From positions 1 to 46,248 of the forward strand of contig CDMY01000594.1 of NCBI GenBank assembly GCA_001179505.1: DNA of 46,248 nucleotides. Reading direction: 5' to 3'. The position numbers and the translations under genes were made by a program. Positions 10,777 to 23,810 of the stretch are shown here, one piece after another (position 1 is the first letter of the stretch; each line of letters opens with the position of its first letter). The notes beneath the pieces are model-generated. The model did no database searches, had not been told where the DNA came from, and was given only the letters and a program-made list of their open reading frames with translations. The DNA comes from Vitrella brassicaformis CCMP3155 (taxonomy: Eukaryota; Protista; Chromerida).

Positions 10777-12589
10777 ATGAGCAACCAGCCCATCAACGTG
10801 GGCCCTCAGCAGGCGGTGTATGGCGCCGTGGAGCCGCCCCCGGGCAGCCCCGAGAGAGATGCCATGTGGTGAGTCAATAGGCGAAACTCCTTAGCCATGC
10901 ATCATGATACACACAGGAGGAAAGCCCCCATATCGGTGCTTTGCTTTTCTCCCCAGGAGCGCGCGCTGGTCTGACGGCATTTGCGGGCGAGTCGTCTCAC
11001 TCACTTAGAGACAGACAGACAGACAGACAGTGTCACAATGCATGCTTGACGTCATCTGTCTGTTGCTATCTGCGGTCTGCGACGCTTTGCAGCTGCTTCA
11101 GCGACTGTTTCTCCTGCATCTTGGGCTGCTGCGGCCTGGGATGCATCAACAAGGCAAGCTGTCGACACAACCACTCACTCACTCACTCACCCATCCGTCC
11201 ATCCATCCATCCATCCATTCACCCACTCGTGTGTGTGACACTGTGTGTGTGTATGTGTGTGTGTGTGCGAACAGGCGCAGGCCGTGGAGCGGGTGAAGAT
11301 CATGGGCCTTTGGCCGGCCATAATACTGTTCGGCAGCCTGTCGATCCTGCTCCCCCTGATCCTCACCGGCGTCATGGAAATCAGGTTCACCTCCAAGTAC
11401 CCCCACCTCTCCAGTGTCGGTAGCTTCGGCACGAATGCGAAGTGTTACGAAGCCATTAAAATGCTCGGACTAGTAAGCAGGCTAGAACTGGGAAGGGGAG
11501 AGGGGGACTGCCTGCGTGCCTCTGCCTGCCTGCCTGCCTGTCTCCATGCCTGCATGCCTGCCTGCGCGCATTCTTGGCTGCATGGGTCCCCACTTGTGTG
11601 GTTTGTGTGTTCTGTCTGTTTGTTCAGGGAGACCCTTTCAAAAAGTACCTGTCCTACGAAACCCGTCGGCGGCTTGGCTGGGAGGAGAAGCCCATCATTC
11701 GTCCCTTCGTGTTTCCTAAGATACCAGAGGACGTCAGTAGAGGGAAGACGGAGACACACATTCACACTCACACAGACAGACAGACAGACAGAGACAGACA
11801 TCCATATCAACAGCATCCATCCATCCATCCATCGCTTCTTCTCTCCTTGTGCGTGGCGTGCATACGATATATCTGTGTGTGTCTTTATGTTATGTATCTG
11901 TGCAGCTTCCGGCCGAGGGTGTGGCACTGATCTACCTGGAGTACGAGCAGTTCGAGAAGGACAGCGTGCTCCTGTACGTGGACAGCGTGTCTGGCCTCAT
12001 CAGGCTCGTATACATCGTGGTGCTGGTCATCTACCGCATGAAAATCCGCCGACACTACCGCATCCCGCCCACAGACTGCTGCGAAGACTGCCTACTCGTC
12101 TGCTGCTGCGCGCCATGCACGTACGTCTGTTGGCTGGAGAGGGAGGGAGGGAGGGAGGGAGGGACAGATGCATGGCATGCAGCAGCTGATAGGCCACCCA
12201 ATACGCTTTTCCCGATGTCTCTCTCTGTCAGCATTTGCCAGGAGTACCGACACGTCAGCCGCGCCATGGGTAAGTAAGGAGAACACGACAAGACAAGACA
12301 CGACACAAGACGGCACAGCACAGCACAGAACGACCATTCGTGAAGATACATCGCTGGGATTCTCACTCAGGCTACAAGCTTGACATGCCGCCCATCGTGA
12401 GCGCAACAAGGAGGGGATGAAGGGAAGGGTGGGGGGAGGGGTCCGCCCAGAAGTCATGTGTCTCTCCCTGTCATGCAGAACCCATCGGCAGCTGCACCCA
12501 TCCCTGCGGGCGCCCTCTACGTCCAGACCGTCCAGGTGGCCGCGCCGGCCGCGGTGCCCCAGGGCAGCACTGCTGCTGACACCGTATGA
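10777..12589 (+). CDS. PLAC8 / Cys-rich membrane protein family member, 9 exons
   Basis: Exons 10777-10868, 10957-10986, 11093-11153, 11275-11472, 11628-11732, 11906-12120, 12232-12269, 12371-12396 and 12479-12589. The spliced product has WSDGICGCFSDCFSCILGCCGLGC and RMKIRRHYRIPPTDCCEDCLLVCCCAPCTICQEYR, the two halves of the PLAC8 signature. Confidence 0.85.
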
Positions 12590-13137
12590 ATCAACTAACC
12601 AAGCAAGTCGAGACACGCACGCACAGTTGGACCGCAGAGGGCGAGAAGGAGAACGAACGACTGAATGAGCGAGTCCTACTAAGATCGACAGATGGATGGA
12701 TGGATGGATGAGTGGATGGATGAGTGGATGACTGCGGTGATGGTTGAGTGAGTGAGGCTGCGACGTGGTTCAATCCGGCTGGCTGGCTGGCTGGCTGGCT
12801 GCCCGCGACAATTGATTGCATTGAGTGGCTGAGTGGATCGACTGAGAGGGAGCACCTAATCAACGAGACGATTGACGGTTGATACATAGATCGATTGGTA
12901 CGCTCGGTTGGTGGGTGCTAGTCAGCGCACCTGCACTTTCGTTCTCTGCAGTAATTCGGCCCTTCATAGGGAGGTCAAGGCAAGGTCAACGAGACCAAAA
13001 AATGTGTCTGTCTGGTTGGTTCTTCATGAACTGAATGAAGCATGCAGCCCAGCCCGTGGCACTGACAAGCACGTCACCCAACCCAACCTGTTGGTGCATT
13101 CATTGCAATGAATCAAGCCATCGACTGACTGGCAGCC

Positions 13138-16100
13138 CTACGACATGCCCATGGACTCGAGGAATTCCCGGGCCGACATTCCCTTGGCGGCCTCCTCAAG
13201 CTCGGCAAACGATCGCGGCCGACGACCCAGACCACCACCGCCACTGCGAGTGCCGATACTCACAGCAGGATCGGCTGGAGCAGGTGCTGCTGCTGCGGCG
13301 GCTGATGGTTCTGATGGTTCCGATGGCGGTTGGGCTCCGCCTGCCGGTTGGCCGCCACCCGATCGACGGCCACCGACGGCCGCTTGAGGGTGAGGCTCCT
13401 CCATATCCCACATTTCCCAACACAACTCGTTAACCAGGTCCTGACACACATGTCATATGGATTCGATTCATGCATTGGTGTCAGTCAGGAGAGTGAGAGT
13501 GGGAGTGAAGTGACTGACTTACATCCCATATTTCGTTGGCAACGAAATCCTTTAGTGCGGTGGCCTCAATGTCGCGGTACTCGTACCACACGTCCTTGTC
13601 TGACGGAAGGAGGAGGATACACCAACAGAGAGACAGAGACAGCGGAGCCATGGTGTGTGTTGGATGGCCATGATGAGTGCATGGTCGATATGACTGACTG
13701 ACTTACAGTCGCTGGTCTGATCCTCTCTGAACGGCCGCATCTCCAGCGGAGGCTCAGTGGTGCGGCCCATCATGCTGGCTTCATATCGCCCCGCCTCATC
13801 TGCAGACACAGCCACACACGCACACCACCGACGAGGGAAGAGAGAGAGAGAGAGAGAGAGAGAGAAGTGAGGCGCCAAATGCGGTGTGCTGTGCTGTGCA
13901 GTGGCTGGCTGACTGGCTAGTCTGCCCACCTTGTCCCATTGCGGCCGCCTCTATTCGGTGTTGGTCGTCGCCCGGCTTGATGCAGGATATCAACTACACG
14001 CACGCAGATGATATATATCGATAGGGACACCGAACGACACGGATGGATGGATGAGTGCTTTCTTCTCTTCGTGTTTCTCCACTGCCTTGCCTTGCCCCCG
14101 ACATATGCTCACCCACCTCTTCCTTGATGTGGTTCCATTTCTTGTTGAATGGGCGAGTGGGGTGGTTGGTGATCTCTCTTCGATACTGAGCCAACCAGAC
14201 AGACAAAGGCACCGCACCCAGATGAATGAATGCTCATTCCCGAATGTGAAGATGTGATGTCTGCACCTACCTGGTTGATGAGTGCCTCCGTGAGCGAGAG
14301 CACCAGGTTGATGAAGGGCTTGTCCACCGCCAGGACGGGCAGCACCTGCTCGCTCTTGGTCGGATTCACATTCGCCTCAGCGGCAGCACGGACCATCGCC
14401 GAGCTCTCAACCCCCTCGTCCTCCTCATCGCCATACTCGTCATAGTCGTGCAGCAGACGCCGGCCCCCACGACCCCTCTTCTCGTAAGCTGGCGCGTTGA
14501 GCTGCTTCCGCGCGATGTCATCCCACTCAGGGGACAGACGGCCGCACCATGCGGGAGAGAGCTCGGACTGGCCTGCGCCCGGCCCTTGCCTGGACTTGCG
14601 CTCGCCGATTTCCTGGAGGCGCCTGCGGGAACTGACGAGGTGGTTGACGAGGCCCTTCCAGTTGATGCGGAGACAGGCGGGGAGGGGCGGGGCCGATGGC
14701 GACTGAGACATCACATAGCGGTGAGAGAAATCCGCCGTCAGGGGGGCGATCTGATCAGCCACAGCACAAGACCAGAGACACTCGAGAGTGAGGTCTTGAT
14801 TCATGTGTGCGTTGCGTGTTTTGGCCGGAGCATCTAACCTCACTGATTCCGAAGGTTTCCAGCACGAAGTCGAACACGCCTGCCGCCATATTGGCGGTGC
14901 ATTGGATAGGCAAACGATGCCACTGACACACACACAGACGACATCATAGCCACAGATGGGAAGGCTCACGTGGCCACCCGCGAGATCGATGCCGTCAGTG
15001 GGGTGGTTGCGTACCGTTCCCTGGTGGTTGAGGTGTGCCTCCCGGACGGCAGCCACGACGCAGCGATTGATCTCCCGGTCGATCAGGTCATACGCCACCA
15101 ATGCCATGTCATCAACCCAGTCAGGACCATCCTCCTGACACACACACAAACACACTCATCCATCCATCCACTGGACACCGTGGGCGGTGTTCGTTCCTGT
15201 GTCACCTCCCACCCCCACTGACCAGGTTGGCGTCTCTGATTTGTGGGTAGAACATGTCCAAAGCCTCGTTCTGCCTCGTGAGTCGCTCGTCCTCCTGCAC
15301 CTGGACCGCTGGCCGCGGTATGGCCGGTCGTGGTGTGTCCAGCCCCATGAGCTCGGCCCCCAAGCCGCCACCCTCCTCCCTGTTCTCACGCTCCCAGTCC
15401 TCCATCCACTCGTCACGGTCACGCAGATTGACGTCATGGTCGGGGGCGGGCGTGCCTGCAATACACCATACACAGACACACACAGAGCAGCGTATGTGTT
15501 TGCAGCACGAGAGTGCCATGTGCTGGTGGAGTTACCTGGTCGTCCGATGGAGAGGGCGTACTCGACACGTCTCTCGGGTGTGTCCACCTCATCCGGCCTC
15601 GCTGTGGGGAGAGTCGGCGCCTGCATAAACGTGACGGAAACACACAGCGAGAAATTCATTGACGCATTTGTGACGTCAGCATTCTTCCATTCTGACCTCC
15701 GAGTCGACGACTGTGTCTGCGTGATGCTCCTCCTGCCCGGGTCGGTCCTCACCCTCGCCCTCCTCCGCTTCCACGTGGATGTCCTCCTCTATCTCTTCCG
15801 GGGGCGGAGCCTCCCGCTGGACCACTGAAGGGGCCTCTGCCTCTGGGGCGGCTTGCTCGGCCTAAACAGAGAAAAACAGCCACGGTCAAACACCATCACA
15901 GTCACCCTTCACAAGGACACATACACAGCCTCTTCTAGGCCCGCTCACCCGTGCTGGCATTTCCGACTCTCTCTGGTCTTCTTGTTCGGCCGCCGGTGGC
16001 TCCTCCACATTCACGTCCTCCGGCCGCACCACTTGCTCACCGGCACGGGCCTCCGCTGTATCAGCCTCCAACTCAGCAGGCGCACGACGAGGCACCCCAC

Positions 16101-19100
16101 GGGCAACGGGAGACGCCTATCGATCCAACATAGACAAAGACAAATAGACGCGTGTGGCGTGGAAGGCGCAGATGTACCCACCTACCTCGTCAGGCTCGAA
16201 TTCCTCCATTTCTTCCATCTCTCTCTCGTGCAGGGCCGCCGTATTCGCCGGTGGCTCGGGGGCCGTCGGCTCAGGCTGGGGGAGGGTGATGTCACCGTGC
16301 CTCGGTGGGCCCTCATCGGTCACGTCACCGGCCGGTAGAGCATCACTGCTGGGGCCCTCGGCCTCGTCGTCAGCATCCTGCACAAACGCAGACACAAGCC
16401 AGTACACAACGTGTGTGTGACCCAAGTAGGTCGGTGCATTCATTCATGAGTCGGGGTGCTTCGCACCCCTGATGCCTACCTCCCCAGACGGCAGCTCTTC
16501 AGGAATCGACTCGGGTATCTCGCTCTCCTGCCGCTCGACGCCCCGTCCCTCACCCTCCGATGCGAAGCTCGATGAGTAGTCCTCACTGGGCTTCTTGGGC
16601 AGCACCAGGTGCGGCGCCACGGGCAGCGGCCTCTCCACCACATGCTGGGGCTGGCCAGATGCGGCGGCAGAAGCTGCTGCCGGCGCCTCTCCCTCTTGAC
16701 CTTCCTCCTCCTTGTCGTCTCCCCTGGTGAGGATGGCTTCTTCCTCCTGCATCCGCCGCCACTCGTCAGCGTGTCGGTCGTCAGACGATGCCTCGTCGAT
16801 CTGAATGTCCTCGCTGATCTCATCACCACGGTCCTCCTGCCGGTCGGGGGCCTGGGAAGGTGACTCCTCCTCGAAGCGCATCGAGTAGGGACCCTCCGAC
16901 GGCTCGGCGAATGACGGTGTGCGGCCAGCCGCCTGAGCAGCAGCTGCTGCTGTGGAAGAGATGATGGGCTCAGGTGGGGCAGCTTCGTGTGCGACCTGCT
17001 GCTGTTGCCGCTTGACCTCCTCCAACTCATGCTCTAGCCGCAGCCTCTTGGCCGTGAGGGCCTCTCCGCCTCCCTCAGCACCACCCTCCTGCCGCGAGCG
17101 GCCGGACAGTGGGGGGCTCTCGGGGTGTCGGGGCCGCTCGCGTCGCTTGTGGCGTCGCTCCATGGCCATGAGGTGCTCCTTGCGAGTGGTCTTGCGCATG
17201 CGGATTCGCAGACAGTGCGACTCGTAGTCCTGAAGACATCTGTCCTCGTACAGCTGCAGCCGCTCCAGCTCGGCGTCGAGGTAGTCGTCGGTTGACGCGC
17301 CGCTCTCGCGCATCTGCTGGGCCTTGACCTCCGCCACCTTGTCGTGCAGCCGGCGCATCTTCCGCTCGTGTCGCTGCCGGTGGTAGTTGAGCTGCTCGTC
17401 CAGGTACTGCTCCTCGAAATACACCTTCTGCCGGTACTTCTGTATGAGGGCAGAGGAGTCGACGTCGTCACCGCCCAGGCTCATGCCGCTGGGGGAGCTG
17501 TGCCCGCTGCTGGGCCGGCTGACGTCGCCTCTGCGCCGTCTGTGGTGTCGTGGTGAGGGCGAGGAGGGGCGGAAGTACATTGGGTCGTGGGGGAAGGAGC
17601 CCCGGTCGGATGTGTCGGAGAACCGGGGGGAGCTCGACAGAGACGAGTAGTCCTGGTGGCGAGAGAAAGGGTGATGGGGGAGCGGGAGGGAGGGGGGGAT
17701 GGCCTGATTGATGCACGAACCACCCGACACACAGCACAAGGGTCAAGACGGTCGGCTCGTAAGCACTGTGCGACTTCATTTACCGTGTCTCCTTCCCGTC
17801 TGGTATCCCTCTCCACCCTGCGATCACGGTCGGCCCTCTCTCTGTCGGCAGCTGCAGCAGGGGCGGTCTGTGGGGGCTGTGCCGCCATCTCTTGCGCTCG
17901 CAGCAGGTCCTCCTCGTATCGAGCTTGCTGACGAGCTACACACGCAAACACACAGGAGGCAAGGGGTCAGTCAGTCAGGCAGGCAGGCAGGGATGTGTGT
18001 AAGATGGGGCTGCCCACAAGTGTTTTCATTGCAGTCAGTGCTGGGTTAGGTCACCTTCTTGGTGCTGTGCATGGATGGCTGCCTCGGTCAAAGCAGCCAT
18101 GTGCTGCTGGAGGCGGCCCAAGTCGTCAGCCCTCTGAGTGGCCTCTTGGACAGTCTCCAACTGAGCCATCTGATCCAACCCAACACACAACAGCCAGCCA
18201 AGGGAGCATGGACGCACGAGTAGTAAGCACCATTTTCCCGCATGCATCTTTCTTTCTTGCTCACCGCGTTGTTGAACTGTGCTGTCATCTCTTCAGGCGA
18301 CTGTGAGAGTGCTTCCCCCGCCTCCATAGACTCCTCCAGAGGACTGCCCCCCTTCTGCACACCCACCTCAACCCTCCCACCACCATCAACCTCCAGTCCG
18401 TGCTCCATCTCACCATCGCCCTCCCTCCGCCAGGCCGACTCATCCCCCTCCGATGACGCCACGGCGCCATCAGACCGGCCCGTGTAGGCCGACACCTCAC
18501 CAGACACCGCAGCAGCTGCGTTGAACCGGGGGTGGTCGTCCCACCCATCCCTCAGCCCGAGGGCCGACTCCGGCCGAGCAACGCTCAGTGCGTGGCGGGC
18601 CTCCTCGGACAGATCGTCCCCTCTGCTGGTGCGCCGGTGCTGTGAGATGGGCGAGAGGGCGCCACTCGTGCCTTCCGTTGCCTCGATGCTCGTGGTGCTG
18701 GCCGCGGGAGGGACACTACTGGCGGCGACAAGAGGCGCAGTCTCACGATCGACCGTTCTGTCCACCGCTGCGGCAGCTGCTGGGGGGGCGGTGGGCCGTT
18801 GTCGGGCAGGGTCATGCAGGAGCGCCTCCACGACAGGCACGTCGTATGGCCCACCTGTCCGTGGCACGACTGGCGGAATGACGGCTGCTGGCGTCTCCTG
18901 AAAGCTCTCAATCGATGCTGCGCCGCCGAGCGGACGGGCCCGGTCTCGCGCACCGCCGAGCCCCAGATCAGGGCGGTCGAATGGTGGCGTGCCCCTGAGC
19001 ATCTGCGGCCCCCAAAGTCGGCTCATCTCCTCCATGTCCCTCAGCGACTCCTGGACCATCCCACGCGTGCTGTCATCCTCGCCAATGCGGGTGCTGGTGT

Positions 19101-22100
19101 CGTTGGTCCGTCGTCGGTCGCTCGCCACCCGTCGGAGGCCGCCCTCGCCCCACCCAGGGATACGCGGCACAGGTGTGGCCATCTTGGCGGCCAGGGGCGC
19201 CGCCTTGGATCGATGGTCGATGGCGTCTTCCGTCTGGCGGTGGGCGACCTCCTCTTCCTCGAAGTCGAGCTCGTCTTGGTCGTCGATTGACCTTGACACG
19301 GTGTGGGAGACGCTGGTGTCAATCGGCAGATGGATGGCGGGGAGGCTCGTGCCGTGAGAGTGGGGCGGGGGCGGGCCATGGAGGGGTGGCGGGAGCCTAG
19401 AGGGCTGTGAGCGGGTGAGGGGGGCGGCGAGCTGGTGGTCTAGGAGGGATTGAGTCGTCTCACGAGACTTCGACCCTGAGAGTGAGTGAGTATGACAGAA
19501 CAAGAGAAGAGACAAGTAGGCATGCTCATTGCGAAGGCAATGCTGTCTGTCGCCGACTCACTGACCTCGCCAGACTCGTTGAATATCGGTGGCTGCTTTC
19601 TCGTCCCTCTGTCTAGCCCGCTGGCCCGCCTCCTGCAGTGAGGGCTGGCCGGGCGGCCGCTCGCCAGCTGCACCCTCGGATAGAAAACGGAGCCCTGAGA
19701 TACACAAGACACGTTTTGACAGACGCATGGAACGATGCATTGTGTGCGGTGCCGGTGCTTCTCCTACCTCCAAGATCACTGAATGATTCCACAGTGGAGA
19801 CTTGCCACGGCTCCGCGTCCCTCTCCTCCCGCGGGGGCGTCCTTCTCGCCTGCTCCGCTATCCTGTCCTCCATCGGCCGCACACCCTCAACCTCACGCTC
19901 ACGGCCGTCAGCCTCCGTCTTGCCAGCAGTAGCAGGCCCCTGCTGCTCGGCGCCGCCGACCTCACTGCCACTCACGACGCCGTACCAGTTGTGATATTGG
20001 TCCATCATCTCGTCGGTGCGATTAGTGAGGCTCTGGAGCATGCCGGCGGCCTCACGGTGGCTTTTGGGCACGGTGAGGTCCATCCGGGGAGGCTTGAAGG
20101 GCTGGGGCACCTTGCGATCGGGCGGCTGCTCTCGATGGGGCTCCACGCTTCTTGGCTTCTTCTGCAGCTGCTTCGTTGGCCCCGCAACAGCGGGTTTTTG
20201 TCGAGCTTCTCTGCGGGCAGCGGGGGGTGGCGGAGGCGGTGTCAGCGGACGAGAGCGGAAGCCCCTCGGCGCCGTGGCCACTATGTCCATCTCGAACTGA
20301 GCGATGTCGCTCCTCAGATCCCCAAAGGGGCCAGCCTTCGGTCGTTCCGTCAGCTCCTCTGCGGCCTCCTTCGGTGGCACAGACTGAGACCGATCTGCCG
20401 TCGTCCCTCTCTGAGCAGGTCCTGAAGCCGCTCTGACCGTCTTGGTCGCCACAGGTGGCCTCGTGCGCTGAGTGGGGCGGGTAGCTGGAGCGACATCGAC
20501 GCCTTCTCCCTCCGCAGGTGGCGGCAGCGACGTGCCCCGATCACTCTTGGGCTTTGGCGGCGGGGGAGGGTTGCGGTAGTAGGCGTCGAGCCGCCGGACG
20601 TTGTCGCGTCTGTGTTGGCCCTCCTCCCTCTCCCGCTGCTGGCGCGCCGCCTCGGCCATCTTGCGGATGCGCACGCGCTCCTGCGCCTTCTTGACCTGGT
20701 CATCGACGGGAGGCGCCTTTTCTGTCTCAGCGGGCCTGCCCACGGCCACAGCCACCGCCATGCCGGGGATGACAGGGCTCGCCAGTGGAGGAGACCGGGA
20801 AGTGGAGGGCTCACGACGGGATGTCAGATCGCGAGACGCCGCCGGCACCGATGGCGGACGGTGTGCGGCCATCGGGCGGCCTGCCTTGTGTGTGGGAGGA
20901 CGTTGTGCTGGTCGGACAGTGGCACTTGAGGGACGGGCGGGCGCTGCTGATGCTGGTCGGCCTACTGCGGCCACTGGTGCCTCCCCGGCGGCCTGGTGCT
21001 GTCGGGTCTTCTTCGTCATTGCGATGCGCTGTCTGCGGGAATCGTCTTCTTGCTTCTTGCGCGTCTCCGTCTCGCGGAGCAGCCCCTGCGCCATCTCAGT
21101 CAGCTCCATAGGCACATGCCTGCGCAGGCACAAAAGACAGACAGACACACAGATGGATGTCTCGCCATGCTCACATGCGCATCGCATGCACCCCATCCTC
21201 AGTCATCTGACTGACACACCTGTCGGCCTGTTTTCCTTCGTCCGCAGCCGGGGCCCCGATGTCGGCCACAGTGCTCACCGGACGATCCGTGTCCAAATCC
21301 CCCACACCAACACCAACATTAACATCAGAAGCAGCAGCAGCAGCAGCCGCACCAGCACCACGAGCAGCGGGAGGGGGGGACACGGCGGCTGGTCTCGTGA
21401 ACGCATTTGCCAGCTCCTTGAGCACTGCCGCTTGGAGCTGCTTGTTTTCATCTCGTGCGGAGGGCTGACGGGCGCTGGAGGGCCGGCGGTCGGTCTTGGG
21501 CCGCTCGGCAACGACCTTTGGTGGCTCCTTTGGGCTGACATGCGCACTGGCCCTGGTGGGACGGGGAGGGGATGGCTTTGGGGTGGTGGACGGGCGGAAC
21601 GCCTGACGCATACATCACATCCAAACACACCCATGCCAGTACAGTAAGGGTGAGCGAATTGGTTGATGCGTTGGCGTACCTGAGCGATTTGTCGGTATGC
21701 GTTGGCAGGCGACGCACCCCCACTCTTGACAGCAACACCTACACCTGCCCGACCTGACCAAACAGCCGGCCGAAACCACCAACAGTAAGGCAGTGGTAGT
21801 TGTTGGCTGTGTCCTTCTTTGGTGGTCCATCCAGCCTCGCTCGCTCACCTATGGCTGGTTCCTCCTTGGTGCGCATCTCGGCACTTGTGTCGAGCCCCAC
21901 GGGACCGCCCGCCCTTCTCGCCGACGACGACCGTGGCGCGGGAGGGCGGGGGCTGGGCCGGCGCGCCTCCTTGAAACCACGAGGGGCCAGCGGGGCCGCA
22001 CTGTGCAGCCGGGCACCTGGTCTCGGCACAGCGGGAGGCCGCGTCTCGTGTGCTGCTGCTGCTGGTGCCTCCTTTGGAAGCTCCTGTGCCGTCTTGTCCT

Positions 22101-23532
22101 TGGGGGGCTCCCTCGATGGCTCCCTGCTCTTGGCCACAGGGCCAGGCTTCCTTGCCCCGGACCCCGATGATGATGCATTGCGCATCCGCTCCAGTGCGTC
22201 GAAGTCGCCTCCCATGGACCGGATGGCATCCGCGGCTCTAGTGATCGGCACTCGCTGTGGCGGCCCCTGATCCAGTAATCGTGCCTCCTTGCTCTCCTCA
22301 AGTGGTGCAGCAGGGGGAGCCGTTGGCTCCACCGCCGCAGCCTTCCCCACCCTGGCAGCTGTTGACGGGCCAGCTGGAGGCCTCGCACCCCTCATGGCCG
22401 CACGACCAGTGTGCGATTGTTGCTGCTGCTGTTGTTGGTCCGGTAGAGTTGGCTTCAAGCCCACTGGTGGCTTCCTCTCCTTGGGCAGGGGAGTCCTCTT
22501 CCGCACCCCAGCACGGTCGGCTTCACGGTCACTCGTCTCGCCCCTGGACTGCTGTTGCTGCTGCTGCTGCTGCTTGTCTGTCGATGCCGACCGGCGAGAT
22601 GCCCCAGCCGCAGCTGGGGGGGCATGGGCTGACGAGGCGCGTTGCTGTGGCACTCCTGCACGCTTGCGGTCCTCAGGTCGAAACGAATCGGCATTCTGCG
22701 TCCCAGCAGCTGGGGGTGCGCCCGTAACGACAGCAGGTGGGGGCAATGGACGGTCGAGTGGCATTTGCCGCCGGGCTTGCGATGCCTCCTGCAGCGGGGG
22801 AGGGGGGCCGGGTGAATTCTTGCGCGACGGCAGCAGACTCTGGCCCTCCGGGCTGCCGAGGAATGAGTCCAGACTGGCCTGGTCGACACGAATGTCGCGG
22901 ATGGTGCCCTCACCGGGCACATGAGCATCTACACGGACATCAAACCGCATGGCCGGCGGCGGCTGGAGAGTCGGGGAGCGCATGGCCGACTGAGGGGTGA
23001 GGATCGGCGATAGGGGGGTCTTGACCTCACTCACAGCCGCCGGGCGTGTGTCCTTGGCTGGTGCAGGGGGCGATGGTGGTGCGGGTGGGTGAGCGGCAGG
23101 GATGGCCGGCCGTGATGGCTGCTGCTGTGTCTGGGCGTGCGATGAGTTGTAGTCGAAACGAAAGGCTCTAGTAGGTACCCCTGAACACAAAGGAGCACAC
23201 GGGAGTAGAAGGGTGGATGGGATGAGTGCAGTGCATGCGAGGCCAGCTGCACGTTGTCGTTTGGCTCACGTTCTCTGTCTATGGACCCCGTGTGAATGGA
23301 CTGGCCAGGGACCTGCATGCAGTCAGACAACCCAAAACGCACCAGAGTGATACCCCTGTGGCCTCACTGCCTCCCCAGATGGCCTGCACACCTGCCTTCT
23401 CTTGCCGTGGCCGTTCCTTACCATTCCTCGGGCGCCACTGCTGTTGTAAGGCGTCAATCGCCTCGCTGCAGGTCCCAGCTCGACTTTGACCTCATCGGTC
23501 ATGCGACGGACCTTCGTTGTGTTGTCTGACAT
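13138..23532 (-). CDS. Very large multi-exon low-complexity/coiled-coil protein with an IQ motif and a C-terminal DUF4378-like segment (CEP350-like candidate)
   Basis: Long minus-strand ORFs (21739-23190, 19613-21196, 18088-19515, 16444-17739, 14109-15155, 13138-13449) separated by microsatellite-rich GT-AG introns. Spliced IQRVWRGSKSR fits IQxxxRGxxxR. The spliced C-terminus DVWYEYRDIEATALKDFVANEIWDDLVNELCWEM resembles the DUF4378 end motif. The first exon (MSDNTTKVRR at 23532) and its junction are uncertain. Confidence 0.6.
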
Positions 23533-23810
23533 CTTGTCCTCGTGCTATGCAACGCTCCCGAACCAAATCTACAGCGTCACGTCGATACTTTTCTTGCTAT
23601 TCGTCTAAATGCATTAAATGAATGCCGCCAGGTCCTCGCTGTTGTCGCCAAAAGCAAAACAGGAGCACCATTTCCTTGCGAGCTTGGAGGGAAGGAAGGG
23701 CTGTCCCTCCGGAACGCTCCTGGCCAACGGATGTGGGCCACATGGGAGGCGTGCGATGCCATGACCATAGCGCTGATCGGCATTATTTGGTGAGAGCGGG
23801 GAGTGACTGA
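23533..23810. promoter_or_regulatory. Putative bidirectional promoter between the IQ/DUF4378-like gene and the hypothetical gene
   Basis: Divergent putative starts separated by 278 bp. TGCGAGCT at 23677-23684. Both start codons are inferred. Confidence 0.45.

Noticed and set aside
20601-21647. Long plus-strand ORF (348 aa) and other long antisense ORFs such as 9520-10260 and 29259-29810
   Set aside because: They shadow GC-rich coding exons on the opposite strand, where stop codons are rare. No independent evidence.
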